Of a stretch of 64,000 nt of DNA, positions 28,097 through 40,995 are shown piece after piece. Made by a program: the position numbers and the translations under genes. Origin of the DNA: Octopus vulgaris (Eukaryota). A model generated the notes under the pieces. The model was not told the origin of the DNA. It did no database searches and saw only the letters and a program-made list of their open reading frames with translations. Where the stretch lies: assembly GCA_951406725.2 (NCBI GenBank), contig OX597819.1, forward strand, positions 53,320,001-53,384,000, given 5' to 3'. The number at the start of each line of letters is the position of its first letter. Within the stretch, counting starts at the first letter, position 1.

Positions 28097-28273
28097 TATA
28101 AAAATCAACTCAGCACATGCTGTAAAGCAATTGGTGAATGAGTGGAGAAGTGCGCACAAGGGGGACCTCTGCTCTTTAGTTTCGTCATGGTAGTAACAGC
28201 CTCTTCCTTGATGGTGCCACAATAAATGCATCCCATAGAATCTGTAACATTGTGAATTGAAGGACATCCAATT
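28097..28273 (-). CDS. Candidate exon open in three frames: phase 1 (E)LDVLQFTMLQILWDAFIVAPSRKRLLLP*; phase 2 IGCPSIH...HVLS*; phase 0 NWMSFNSQCYRFYG...ELIFI to a donor
   Basis: Strong acceptor tattttcttttgctttggtttctag; ATA|GTGAGC donor; three overlapping ORFs in the track. Confidence 0.6.
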
Positions 28274-28822
28274 CTAGAAACCAAAGCAAAAGAAAATATA
28301 CACAGGCAAAATATGGTCCACCAGCCCACCATGAGGGGCAGTAATAGATGTGGGTGTGATTGGATTTGCATGAGAAATTTCCCGAGAGGAAGTAATAAAT
28401 GCTAACACACAGGAATAAACAACATCCATCCTTACATGAACACACACATGCATGCCTGCACATACACATAAACACTGGCCATGCAATACACATATACACC
28501 TATGCACACAAAGCACCCAGTTCAAATGAAACACACATACACAATCCAAACAGTATAAACACTGAAAGAAACAATGATTCCAGTTTGTAATAGACTTGGT
28601 ATGGATAAGGACACAGTGATGTGACTGCTAACAATAATGAAAAGAGTCAGACAAACCAGCCGATTGATCAAATGATTGGTCAAACAAACAATTTAATTAA
28701 CTAATTTAATAATAATAAAGCAAAATACAACCAGTGCATGTGCTTTCATTGGCAAAATGACCCTCCAATGGGATTTCAACACACAATTTCATATCAAAAA
28801 TCTTGCAAAACAAATACAAAAA

Positions 28823-28926
28823 TTAAATACACACACATATACTTAACAGAACTGGACAATCTACCATAAACTCTTCAAGGAGCCTGAAATGCTTTAAGAT
28901 TGCCCATCGTTTAATGTCCCGAATCC
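28823..28926 (-). CDS. Candidate terminal exon, phase 1: (G)IRDIKRWAILKHFRLLEEFMVDCPVLLSICVCI*
   Basis: Acceptor atttatattag; shares ILKHF with the 37508 exon. Confidence 0.55.
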
Positions 28927-29685
28927 CTAATATAAATTTTAAATAATACAATATATAACTATATGCTTTGAGTATATGATTGGTCTCACTTTTTTATGCT
29001 TTTATTTCTTGACTTGTTTTGATATATAAATATACACACGCACACTGTAAAAATACTCTCATGCCAGAACCATGTAAAAAGCAACCAGTACACTCTGTAA
29101 AGTGGTTGGCATTCAGAGGTGCAACCAGCTGTAGAAACTATGCCACAACAGACAACCGGAACCTGGAAAGCTCTCTGGTTGGCCAGCTCTTGTTAAACCA
29201 TCCAACCCATACCAGCATGAAAACCAGGCATTAAATAATGATTTTGTATATATATGTGCACAGCTGTGAGGTTAAGAGTGAATATCTTAACCTCTTAACT
29301 GTTCACTCACTGAATTTGCAGTTTTGGGTTTCACTCAACTGCATAGCTCTTTGGACAGGTGTCCTCTACAATAGCTATAGGCCAACCAAATTCATGTGAA
29401 TGTACTTGGTAGATGAAAACTGAAACAAAACCATTATGGTGTGTGTGTGTCGCATGTGCATACACATATGTATATGCATGTGTGTAAGTGTTTGCTGCTT
29501 TGCCTGGATATTGTGCACTAGTTATAAATGAGTGTTACCATCATACTAGCAGCATAACTCATTTCCAATATCCTAAGAAAACATGTCCAACCATCGGAAA
29601 ATATTACCTTATTTCGACACAAGTGAAGGGCACCTGGTCATGGAAATAAATATATATAGCAAAGTGGACATTAAAACAACAATAA

Positions 29686-29730
<45 letters not shown>

Positions 29731-30062
29731 GATACACATCTTATATTTTAGGTAACATTTAAGCATATTTGCTTACATGTGTAGCTGTGCTGAACACAGA
29801 AAGCAAAGAACCTGCATTTACATAAGAAACATCTGCATACATGCAGCTATGCAAATTTCACCAGTGATGGAAACAGACAATGAGACAAGCTGTATCAGTA
29901 AATATCAACCATCTATCATATGTTTTAGCATTCAAATAATGATGTTTTTGAAAACAATATATACAAACTAGAAAATATGATAAAATATTGCTATAGATAA
30001 TAAAAAGAAATTATCTAAAAGAGATTGTTATTTTCATTTTGTTTCTGCTCATAGTATTATTA

Positions 30063-30096
<34 letters not shown>

Positions 30097-30249
30097 TACT
30101 ACTACAACTACCACCACCACCACCATCATCATCATCCTAGTCATTAATAATTTATTCCTTTCAGGAAAGTAAAGCTGAAATAATGCAGTACTTGTCAGTC
30201 GGTGCATTCCCACATAACTGTCCTTAAATGTCATTTCAATCCAGAATAT

Positions 30250-30296
<47 letters not shown>

Positions 30297-30363
30297 TATA
30301 TATACACACACACACATACATACATACATACATACATACAAACATACATTCATACACACGTAC

Positions 30364-30412
30364 ATATATCCAATAACACAGTCATACAGTGATCCAGAGA
30401 GGTTGATGTATG
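30364..30412 (-). CDS. Candidate exon: phase 1 (A)YINLSGSLYDCVIGY, phase 2 IHQPLWITV*
   Basis: 80-nt AG-free pyrimidine tract ending ttcgtttccctaag; GTACGT donor. Confidence 0.45.
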
Positions 30413-30771
30413 CTTAGGGAAACGAAAGAGGAAAAGTCGAAGTATGGAAAAGGTTTTCAAGATTACAGATAAGAAAATAACGAAAGTAAATTTACTAATA
30501 TCAATACACATGAGGTAAAAATGAAACAAAAAAGAAAATGTTTAGAAAAGTGGGTGGAGGGAGTGAGGCAGAAGGAGGGGGAAAAAAACAACACACACAC
30601 ACACACAACATTCCAGAAATGGATTAGCAAAGAACATCTCTAACAGTCTGATTTATCTTTGTAAAAAAAAAATTTTTTTTTTCAGGTTTTTATTTTCCCA
30701 GATTTATTTGCCAAGCATTCAGCTGCCTTATTTTCATAGTTCTAACAGAATGGATAAGAAGCAAAGCCAAA

Positions 30772-30806
<35 letters not shown>

Positions 30807-30880
30807 TGCTGAGATGTAGAAATAAATTTTTAGAGACTGTCCTATTGGAGATCAATTCAAGTAATAAGTTCCACCTTTAC

Positions 30881-30954
30881 CTTCGATAAACAAGAGAACA
30901 ACAACATGAATGAGTGCACGACTTAAGTAGACTAATGTAGAAGACGACTTCTGT
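30881..30954 (-). CDS. Candidate 74-nt exon, or an AAG|GTAAAG recursive-type site at its 3' end
   Basis: Acceptor ttttgttctgctag; donor GAAG|gtaaag preceded by a pyrimidine tract; CpG-rich. Confidence 0.4.
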
Positions 30955-31080
30955 CTAGCAGAACAAAATGGTTCAAATTCCCTAAATATATATAATTGGC
31001 TTGAGTATACCGTCAACATCACCATTGGTTAAGTGCTTGTATTTTCTATAATGATGAAGGTAGGATGAATATTTTTTTTA

Positions 31081-31496
31081 TGCCTTTCTCTACCATATTT
31101 CTGCTAAAATACACTGCCTTTGATACAATTCATTTTGAAAATAATGAAGAATTTGATAAAATAGCAGCTTTAATAACTTGTCATTATTAACCCTTTAGCA
31201 TTCGGATTAGTCTGTCAATTGTAACGTTTATTTATTCACATTGTTTAGAATTAATCATGCATTATTTCGTAGATTCAAGATTTCAATAATGTGATTATTT
31301 TTAGAATGACATTGTAGGGCATGTGTGAGAGGCCTGATCTCGCCAGTTTGAACATAAAATGGGAACAATATTTGAGCCAGATATGGTCAGTTTAACTACT
31401 AAAAGGTTGGAACATAAATTAACATGAAGTCTCAAAGACAAGTTTGTAGCAAAGAACCAGGGGCAGTCTCAGGAGTGTTGGTACGACAAGGGTTAA
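31081..31496. mobile_element. MITE family F with MITE family E nested at TTAA (~31187-31410)
   Basis: Flanks align with 2130-2337; insert aligns with 18553-18772. Confidence 0.7.
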
Positions 31497-31964
31497 AGTT
31501 TCAGTTAAGAAAAGAGAGTGCCCCTAACATTTATTTTTTCTTTCTCTTACTTTTCTTTCTCTATGGATCCAAAAGTGATGGAAGGAAAGAGAGGAAGAAG
31601 CTGTGATAGAGACAACTGAAGCCAGGAAAAGCACTTCAAGATATTGAGTTATGCAAAGACCAGATAGATAACTGGTCCTAATGACTGCAACAGTGTGGAC
31701 TAGTCTAAAGGCACTCTTTCCAACAACATGAGCTGTTAAGTCTACTGTCCAAAATGGATTAAGATTACTACTACATAATAGATTTCTACAAGTAAGGAAA
31801 TATATTTATTTATGCTACATCAATGTTATTCCTAGCACTCTACTCATCTATTGTACAGCACTATTGATTGTTGTTGCAACTTTAGCCTTAGGTTAAACCT
31901 GATTGAGCCAAAGGTGTTATAGCCATAATCATGTCATCTTGGTGTTACAGCTGTAATCATAGCA

Positions 31965-32235
31965 TCTCATTTTCAACTATAGTGCATCTAAGACTACATT
32001 ATCCAATGTGTCCTCCCTGTTTTTAAACAGTAGAATGTGATTTGAGGGACAATTGGTTGCTATTCCTAGTAGGTGAAACGACCACATAGAGTACTGCAAT
32101 CTCATTTTCCATTCCAGTGTATCTAAGTCTACATTATCCAATGCATCTTTCCATTTGGTTTTTAAATGGTAGAATGTGAATTGAGAAAGATTTGGCTGCT
32201 ATTTCCAGTAGGTCAAACTACCATATAGAGGACTG
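31965..32235. mobile_element. Two tandem ~130-bp copies of dispersed repeat family G
   Basis: atctcatttt...ctacattatccaatg...gctatt..agtaggt..accacatagag occurs twice; reverse copies near 15120, 19750, 23060, 49620, 60085. Confidence 0.7.
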
Positions 32236-32901
32236 CCTTACTGGCACAAGTAGTATATCAATTTAGCTGTTCAGCACTCAGGTTTCTAAATAAGTTACTT
32301 TTGTGACAACCAACCAAGCAACATTTTCATACTAAACTCAAGAAGAAAAAAAAAGATAAGTTGATGATATATGTTGCAGTTAGAAAGAAAGATACTACAA
32401 AGAGATGATAATTTAGGAAGAAGTTGGGGAAAGAATGAGGGGGGAAGAAAATAACCAAAAAAAAAAAAAAAAAAAAAAATAGGTATAACAGATTGGGGAA
32501 ACAGAAGGAAAGAGATGGATGGTGTGAGACGGAACATGACAAAAAGGTCATGATAAATAGTAGAGAAAAGAGAAAACTAAAAGTAACAGGACATATTTTA
32601 GGATTATAACCCTGATCTTGTGTCAAATTGGACAAGACCTAACAAAGAGATAGATGTCCATTGTCCAAAATGAAAATTCTAAATGTGTCTGGTTCATGTT
32701 CGCTTTGTAGAAATGAATGTATCTTAGCAAAGGTACAGAAAATGGTAAGAATTCATGAAAGAGAAGTAGAGTGGAATAAAACAGTAAAACGCGAATGAAG
32801 AATGATGATTTTGTTTTTAGTTTTTCTCTTCAGTTCTGAAAATCTTCAGCTTCCAATGATGCTGAAATATCTTCTAAAACAAACTCCTGCTATGTTTGAT
32901 G

Positions 32902-32963
32902 CTAAGGAAATTCCATGATTACCAAGTCATTTTCGAATATCTTTAATTCCTCAAAATGTAAAT
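32902..32963 (-). CDS. Candidate terminal exon, phase 1: (D)LHFEELKIFENDLVIMEFP*
   Basis: 185-nt AG-free zone; GCTAAC branch motif ~42 nt upstream; acceptor cattttactgctgtcag. Confidence 0.6.
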
Positions 32964-33179
32964 CTGACAGCAGTAAAATGAGGGGGAGGGGGGGAAGGAA
33001 AATAGGTTAGCAAAGCAAGAGAGATAGGGACAACAGAAAAGAGATAGGTGAGAGAGAGAGAGAGAGAGAGAGAGTATGAGAGCAAGAGAAAATGAAAATC
33101 AAGACAAAATGGAGTCAGTCAGTGAAAGTGTGAATAAAAGAAAGAAGAGACTGAGAAAAACAAAATAGAGAAAGAATAT

Positions 33180-33660
33180 GTATAAAAGAGTGAGAGAGAA
33201 TGAAAGAGAGAGATAAGGAGATTATAAAAGAGAGAGATAGGGAGAGTATGAAAGAGAGAGATAGGGAGAGTATGAAAGAGAGAGATAGGGAGAGTATGAA
33301 AGAGAGAGAGGGAGAGTAAGAAAGAGAGAGATAGGGAGAGTATGAAAGAGAGATAGGGAGAGTATGAAAGAAAGAGATAGGGAGAGTATGAAAGAAAGAG
33401 ATAGGGAGAGTATGAAAGAAAGAGATAGGGAGAGTATGAAAGAAAGAGATAGGGAGAGTATGAAAGAGAGGAAGAGTATGAAAGAGAGAGAATGAAAGAG
33501 AGGAAGAGTATGAAAGAGAGAACGAAAAAGTATGAAAGATATAGAGAAAGAAAAAGTATGAAATAGAGAGAGGGAGAGTATGAAAGAGAGAAAGAAAGAG
33601 TGTGAAAGATATAAAGAGAGAGAAGGAGTATGAAAGAGATAGAAAGGAAGGATATGAGAG
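33180..33660. repeat. Purine-rich minisatellite, ~22-24-bp unit GAGATAGGGAGAGTATGAAAGA(AA/GA)
   Basis: Tandem units visible directly. Confidence 0.9.
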
Positions 33661-33997
33661 AAAAAGAATGTGTTCCTGTATGTTTATGTGAGCCAACTTA
33701 AAAGAGAGAAATGCTTTCTAAACAGTTAAAAATTTATTTGTGGCTGAAGGCTAGAATTTGTAAATAGAAGAGAGAGAGATGGCAAAAGAAAAAAAATAAT
33801 GACGAGGATAATAATAATAATAATAATAATAATTCTAAAACAAAACAAAGTAGAAAAGAAGAAAGGATATGAAACAAACAGAAAAATAATAAATAAAAAT
33901 ATGGAAAAGATAATGGAATGTATAAGGAAGTGAGCAATATTTGGCTGAATAAAAGGATGTGGAAAATAAAGAACAAGAAAAAGAAGAAATAATAATA

Positions 33998-34036
<39 letters not shown>

Positions 34037-34206
34037 TGAACAATAGTTTTTGGAATTCATTATTGAACAATTGGAAACTGAAATATCTAAAGACTAAACA
34101 TAATTAACAAAAAGAAATGTCAACAAGTTTATAAAATAGTGTAAACATTCTTTTCTGAGCAGCTGTGACGCATACAGTTCAAGAAAGTTTAATAATACAC
34201 CAACAA

Positions 34207-34229
34207 CTACAAACCACATAATTTATGCG
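34207..34229 (-). CDS. Candidate terminal exon: phase 1 (A)HKLCGL*, phase 0 RINYVVCSCWCIIKLS*
   Basis: Very strong acceptor ctttttctttccttttctctccctgccccaccccctgccttctaccag. Confidence 0.5.
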
Positions 34230-36544
34230 CTGGTAGAAGGCAGGGGGTGGGGCAGGGAGAGAAAAGGAAAGAAAAAGACAGTAATTTGATTTCAAGGAAA
34301 TTTTACGGTTTTTTGCTTCTTTTCATTTTAAGGTGCTACATGTCAAAAATTGGTGGTGGCAGTAGGGTGTGGGCCACACACACACACACACACCAGGTTT
34401 TACAAACCAGTTAGTAATTAACCCTAAAAAAAGCTTACAGCAATGTATCAATTCGGTTAATGGTAGTAGCGCATCAATGTGTAAATATCATGCAAATGTT
34501 GTGTGCATATGTATGTATATTTAATAGGAAGCGAATAGGTGTATAATAGGAGGTGTGAGTGTGTACCGTATTCTTACATATTAGTTGATATACTACAGAA
34601 TCCAGTGGTTGGTGTTAGGTTTTAGCCATCACTATACAAAGCTGATATGCAGATAATGGTTTCTACAATAGATATCTTAAACAAACACCAGCTTTGTCTA
34701 TATTGTAAGCTGATTGTAACCCATAACTAAACAGAGAACTGGTCTTTGATTGTGTTATCTATATAAGAATGATTATGTGACGGACTGGTGGAGGGAGAGA
34801 GAGATAAATTGGATATAAAGGAAATACATTATACAAACCCCTATCAATGTTTAAAAATCATTCGAAAAAAGAAAAAAAGAAACTATGTAACAATCATGAC
34901 ACCATTCTGTTTCCTTATTTATTATTTATAACAATCCCAATTCTCTTAAGAAAATGAAACGACATGTTAATTCAAACCAACTGTGCCCAAATATATAGGC
35001 TATGAACCCTTTTTATAAAATTTAGGATATGAACCCTCTTTTGTAAATCTGCCATGGGTAAATGGCTTGTTTGTGTAAAAAGTTTCAGTTCTATTAAATT
35101 GGCTACAAAACACTACATTCATCATCATTATCACTGCTTTAACTTGCATGGATCAGATGGAATTTTCTGTGGAAGATTTTTTAACAGTTGGATGCCCTTC
35201 CTATCACCAACCATAGCCTATTTCCTAATAAGGTAACATTCCCCAATGACCAGACATGTTTTCACAAGAGATTGGAAATGAAAGACATCACTTCCATGAT
35301 GGTGACATACGTTATGTCAAAGCAAGGAGACCGAAACACACAAATCACACACACACACAGTGATGAGCTTCATTCAGTTTCTCTCAACCAATCTATTCAC
35401 AAATCAGGTTTTCCCAATTCTAAAATTTATTCGGCTAGCATGAGAATTTCAACATAAATAACAAAGAAAAATAAAAGCTCAATACAAACTGACATTTCTC
35501 TCTTGCTGTTTACTGTCTTTTATTTTATATATTTCTATGATCAGATTGCTATCGTGATAACCTTAAAAATGATGTATTTTCAAGAAGAGACAACATCATT
35601 AAGACTATGACACAATACAAATAATTCATTATAATAACTGTTCATAAAGAAATAATAACACAAGTAGATGAGAATCAAAGTAGTCCTTTGAAAATGATTG
35701 ATCAGGTATCAATATACAATGTTTATCGAGATGTGAACAGATATTAGGCTAGAGCAGAGAAAATTAACAACAACTTACACATGCAATACATTACTGTAGC
35801 TGGAGTAAAAACACAGTCATTAAAAAAAATATTAATAAAAAAATTGAAGAAAACAAAAACCAAAAAGAAAGGGAAATGATTTCAGTGAATTGACACAGTG
35901 ATGGCAGTGTAGCTAAGAAGTTCACTTCTCAGCTAAAATAGTTCCAAGTATAATGCTACTGCACTGCGCCTTGGGCAAATTTTTCTTTTTTTTTTTTTTT
36001 TCACCACAGACTCAGGTTGAGTAATGTCTTGTGAATAGAGATTTTGAACAGAAGCACATCATATGTATAGCTTACATTCTGTCACTTAAGCCATCACTTT
36101 GATAATTGTTTTAAGCAGACATAGATACTGATACCATCTGAACCACCCACCCTTGACTCAACAGAGCACTGAGGATTTGACAGCTGGGAGGAAAGAGGGT
36201 TACACCAGCACGAGGATGGTATGAATTTTCAGATGAGTAGAATGAAGCAGTGTGAAATAACATGCCTTGCTCAAGGACACAATGTATAACAGGATCAAGG
36301 AAACAAACCTATGATCTTATGATCATGAAACCAATACTCTAACCTCTAAGGCACACGGCTTCACCTTATCTTGGCTAGACTGATATATTACTGAGACACT
36401 GTGTAACAGCTGGATGCTTTTCCTATCATTACCCTTTATCTGTTCATCAAGTAAAGGATCTCTTATTTCACACATCTGCACAGGCACAAAGTGACCAAAC
36501 AAGGTTTTAACAGAAGTGACAACACACACACACACACACTTTTA

Positions 36545-36910
36545 TTTTTTTGTTTCAGTCATTTGACTGTGGTCATGCTGGAGCACCACCTTTAGTCGAA
36601 CAAATGGATCCCAGGATTTATTCTATATAAGCCTAGTACTTATTATATTGGCCTCTTTTTGCCAAACCACTAACACTCACCAACATCAGTTGTCAAGCAA
36701 TGGTGGGGGGACAAACACAGACACAAATAACAAATACATACATACCTACATATACATATATAAGGGGCTTCTTTCAGTTTCCATCTACCAAATCCATTTA
36801 CAAGGCTTTGGTCAGCCTGAGGTTATAGTAGAAGACACTTGCCCAAGGTGCCACGTAGTGGGACTGAACCCAGAGCCATGTGGTTGGGAAGCAAGCTTCT
36901 TACCATACAG
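36545..36910 (-). mobile_element. Composite SINE (family D segment plus family B head)
   Basis: tttcagtcatttgactg..gctggagcacc..tttagtcga; reverse copy at 48820-49000. Confidence 0.75.
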
Positions 36911-37434
36911 CCTATGTATGTATATCTATAATATGTATTTCTATCTTACACCAATGTAAATTGCAAAAAAACGTTCGCATTAGAGAGAAAACTGAAAACC
37001 AGTACCAATACATCCAAATAAAAATACCCTGTGTAATATTTGTTCAGCTCGAGTAGCACAAACAATTCCTTGTTACTATTGCAGTCAGAAATGCAGTGAA
37101 GCAATGATTATCCCATTGGAACCCTGTAACCAATGAGGCTATAGATTACCAAATGCAATAGAATTTTTTTTTTTAAATAAAAAGAAGGGGTGGTTAGAAT
37201 ATATTTGATAGATGATGAACAATACGGTGGATTGTAGTTCAAATTTCAGTGGGGATAAATGATTTCTATTTTTTGTTCTCGGTATGGTAGAGAAAATAAA
37301 TAGCAATAACTAGCAAGTGAAAGATCTCACTCAATGACAGCTACAGACTTGCTTTAGCCAAATGTTCTCGAGCAAAAGATCATTTCTACCGAACATAAAA
37401 GAAGATCACAAGACCTTTCTCTGTGAAATGCATT

Positions 37435-37508
37435 TTACAGTAGATCAAGAAATTCAAAGTGTTTTAGAATGGAATCAATAGCTAAACCATTTAGTGTTTG
37501 CAGTGAAT
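37435..37508 (-). CDS. Candidate terminal exon, phase 1: (D)SLQTLNGLAIDSILKHFEFLDLL*
   Basis: Acceptor ctttctctcttgtag; SILKHFE motif shared with the 28926 and 62297 exons. Confidence 0.6.
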
Positions 37509-37561
37509 CTACAAGAGAGAAAGTCCTTCTTTCTTAAGTGTTTAACTTTGTGTAGGAAACC

Positions 37562-37604
<43 letters not shown>

Positions 37605-38030
37605 AGTAAACCAAATGTTACACTGAATAGATAAAAATTGAAGTAAAAAGGAGGAAACAAAAAAATAATAAAACAAAAAAAAAACCCAAGAACCAATGAT
37701 AATATACACTGAAAGAAAAACATTTGCTTTTAATGCTGTACTAATAAAATTCGGTAAAGAAAGTATTAGAGATCAGATTAACAGACCCTTGGATCACATG
37801 ACAGTATTTGAAGTTGCATAGGCATTTGATTCATTTCATACTAAGATTGTGAATGTCCAATAAAGAAAATAAGGAGAAAAAAAAGTAGTGTACAAAAGGA
37901 TCTGTAGTAGTAGTAGTAGTAGTAGTAGCAGCAGATGACGATGATACAACGACTATGCATTGCTATAAGAATATATCATGTTGAACGAGTTCTTGAAACA
38001 GAGAGCTTCTTGAATTGAATTTAATTGGTA

Positions 38031-38071
38031 TCACAAAACCATTTCCAACTCAGATCCTAAACAGCTTTTTA
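38031..38071 (-). CDS. Candidate terminal exon, phase 1: (V)KSCLGSELEMVL*
   Basis: Acceptor ctatttttttttccaaag. Confidence 0.4.
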
Positions 38072-38184
38072 CTTTGGAAAAAAAAATAGGGTCCGTTCAC
38101 ACGCATGCGTTTTCATATTCAGTTACTTGAGAGAAACAGTATACCAATTGCATACAGGCAAACTAGTGCATATGTGGAGACATG

Positions 38185-38240
<56 letters not shown>

Positions 38241-39119
38241 TGTATAATATAAACTGACGGGAAATTCTTCAAGTAAGAAATCTTTCTTAATTTTAATGAC
38301 TGGCTTATGTTCACTTAAAAAGAACTTCAAAACACACACACATCATCATCATCATTATTTTAGTGTCTACTTTACCATGCTAGCATGGGTTACATGGAAT
38401 TTGTTGACAGATTTTCTACAACCAAATGCTCTTGCTGTCATCAACCCTCACCTTGCTTCCAAGAAAGGTAATATTTTCCCATCACCAGGCATATTTTACA
38501 CAGAAGAGTGGAAATGCAGAAATGAGCAACATGCTCAAAATCATGTAAGACAATAGTACACAAATATATATCCCTCTCTCGCTTTCGGAGAGGCACTGAG
38601 CACCTACACGCACATATACACACACGACAGTAACTTCCGCCTACCGAATTCAATCACAAAGCTTTGGTCATATATATATATATATATATATATATCATCG
38701 TTTAACATCTGCTTTCCATGCTGCCATGGGTGTACACACACACAACATCTAGCTATCAAATGCTTATCAGACATTCTACCACAACGTGTGTCTATAAGTA
38801 TTTTTTCCAAGTGGAATGTAAATCTAAATATGTGCTATGTGGAAGCAGAGCGATTGGTTGTAGAGTGTGCATGTGCTGATGTTAAGCCTAACGAATGAGC
38901 ACCCTTGTCACAGATCCATATGGTATACAATCACAAGTGTGGTGTGTGAGTATGAGTACATTATGTGCAAGCTTGTATGGTATATACATGCAAATATGCT
39001 GTGTGGGTGTATACTGTATGTCAGGAATGTGCATGTGTATATGCCATATGCATGTCAACAAGGCACAGTATTTATGATGCTGCAGTTGCAACTATGCTAT
39101 GTAGTTCATAGTAGCTCAC

Positions 39120-39282
39120 CTTATTCGAATGATTAAGAATGATACCCTCTACAGAATTTCAGTTTTGATCAATTGGCAAGCTGTTATGGTGTTTGGCTAA
39201 TTTGGTTCCTTTAACATGCAGAAAAACACATGGAGTTTCAACAATATCTCTTAATGAATACTTGAGGAGATGAAGAAGAGAA
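39120..39282 (-). CDS. Exon: phase 2 SLLHLLKYSLRDIVETPCVFLHVKGTKLAKHHNSLPIDQN*, phase 1 (V)LFFISSSIH*
   Basis: GCTGAC branch motif plus cattttgcag acceptor; AAG|GTGAGC donor; 83-nt intron from the 39366 microexon gives a consistent phase. Confidence 0.6.
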
Positions 39283-39365
39283 CTGCAAAATGATGAGTCA
39301 GCAATTGAGAATGCTTGGCATATCATGCTCAGCAATAAAATTGAAGATGTTTCTTGGAAACTTAC

Positions 39366-39375
39366 TTTTGTACTT
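39366..39375 (-). CDS. 10-nt microexon AAGTACAAAA (phase 1 to 2); read-through gives (E)VQK*
   Basis: ttttcatcatctatacag|AAGTACAAAA|gtaagt. Confidence 0.6.
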
Positions 39376-39974
39376 CTGTATAGATGATGAAAATAACTGC
39401 ATTTTATTAATAGACCAACAATTCTGCTTATCAGATGAAATTATGCAAACACAGTAAATGTGTGTGCGTGTGTGTGTGTATGTGTGTGCGTGTGGAGGGG
39501 TTTGTGTCTCCTCTTTAAATTGCATGATTGTTGTAAATGAATATCATTCATTTCCTATATTCTGTGAAAAGAAAACAATGTCTAGTCATTGAGAAATATT
39601 ACCTTGCTAGCAAACAGAGTAAGGGTTGGTGGCAAAAAGGGCATCCAGCTGTAGAAAAAAAATCTGCCTCAATACATTCTGCCCAACCCAAGCAAGCATG
39701 AAGAAATGGAAGCTAAAACGACGATGACGACAACAATGAAGAACCATAAAATCAAAAGCAATCTTTCCACCAAAAATTGCATTCTGCACAGGATACATTT
39801 CAAATGTTGCTCTGTTAAATCTATGTTGCAATTGTAATTATTAGCCGAAGACAATTAGAAATAACAAAAACAATTAAAAATAACATGGTATTATTCAGCT
39901 AAAAGTTTATCTTTTCACAGTCTATCCATTGGATACTGCTTACACAAGATTAAAAAGTGAACTAAAATGGTCAG

Positions 39975-40318
39975 CACCGCCCCGACTGGCTTCTGTGCCG
40001 GTGGCACATAAAAAGCTCCATCCGAACGTGGCCGATGCCAGCACCGCCTCGACTGGCTTCTGTGCCAGTGGCACATAAAAAGCACCAACCGATCGTGGCT
40101 GATGCCAGACCCCTCTGGCACCTGTGCAGGTGGCACGTAAAAAGCACCCACTACACTCGCGGAGTGGTTGGCATTAGGAAGGGCATCCAGCTGTAGAAAC
40201 ACTGCCAGATCAGACTGGAGCCTGGAGCAGCTCCTGGTTCCCCAGACCCCGGTCGAACCGTCCAACCCGTGCTAGCGCGGAAAACGGACGTTAAACGAAG
40301 ATGATGATGATGATGATG
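39975..40318 (+). mobile_element. SINE family C, young CpG-retaining copy with (GAT)n tail
   Basis: Reverse complement of 15460-15870. Confidence 0.85.
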
Positions 40319-40954
40319 TGAAGTTAGTATCTTTAAAAAAGATTTTAAAAAAGGGTATGTTCTAACAAAATGCTTACATCCCTACCAACAACCACTAAAA
40401 TATCATCTACCATAGAGAATAACATGTAACTGAGTGAAAGTCACCATACCTGAAGTGGTAAGCCAAAAATAAATTCTTAATTGAAATTACAGCTCTACTG
40501 AAAAAAAAATGTCATTAGAGTTAATGAAAATTAATTCTCACAAGAGACAAGGGTTAAAACTTTGGAAATTTCAGTCAGCTAAAAACTTCACATACATGGA
40601 AAATACAAGGAGGCTGATTTATGGCAGCTAAGATGACAACTTCCAAAATACATATATCCATCTTATTAGATTTTCCTCATCACTGCAAACTGCACTCAGT
40701 AGCTACCAAGATCACAGAATGAGCAACAGAAATAGTTTTTAGAGTAAAAGGCATTCATTAATTGGACATTTGTCATTATTCTAATATTCTAGCAACCATA
40801 AGGTACATGCATGGTTGTGTGGTAAGAAGTTTGCATCCAAACCACATGGTCACAGGTTCAGTCCCACTACACAGCACACCTTGGGAAAATGTTTTCTCCT
40901 ATAGTCCTAAGTCAACCAAAGCCTTCTGAGAGGATTTGATAAACTGAAAGAAGC

Positions 40955-40995
<41 letters not shown>

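Noticed and set aside
33115-33696. 193-aa hydrophobic ORF
   Set aside because: Antisense reading of a purine-rich minisatellite.
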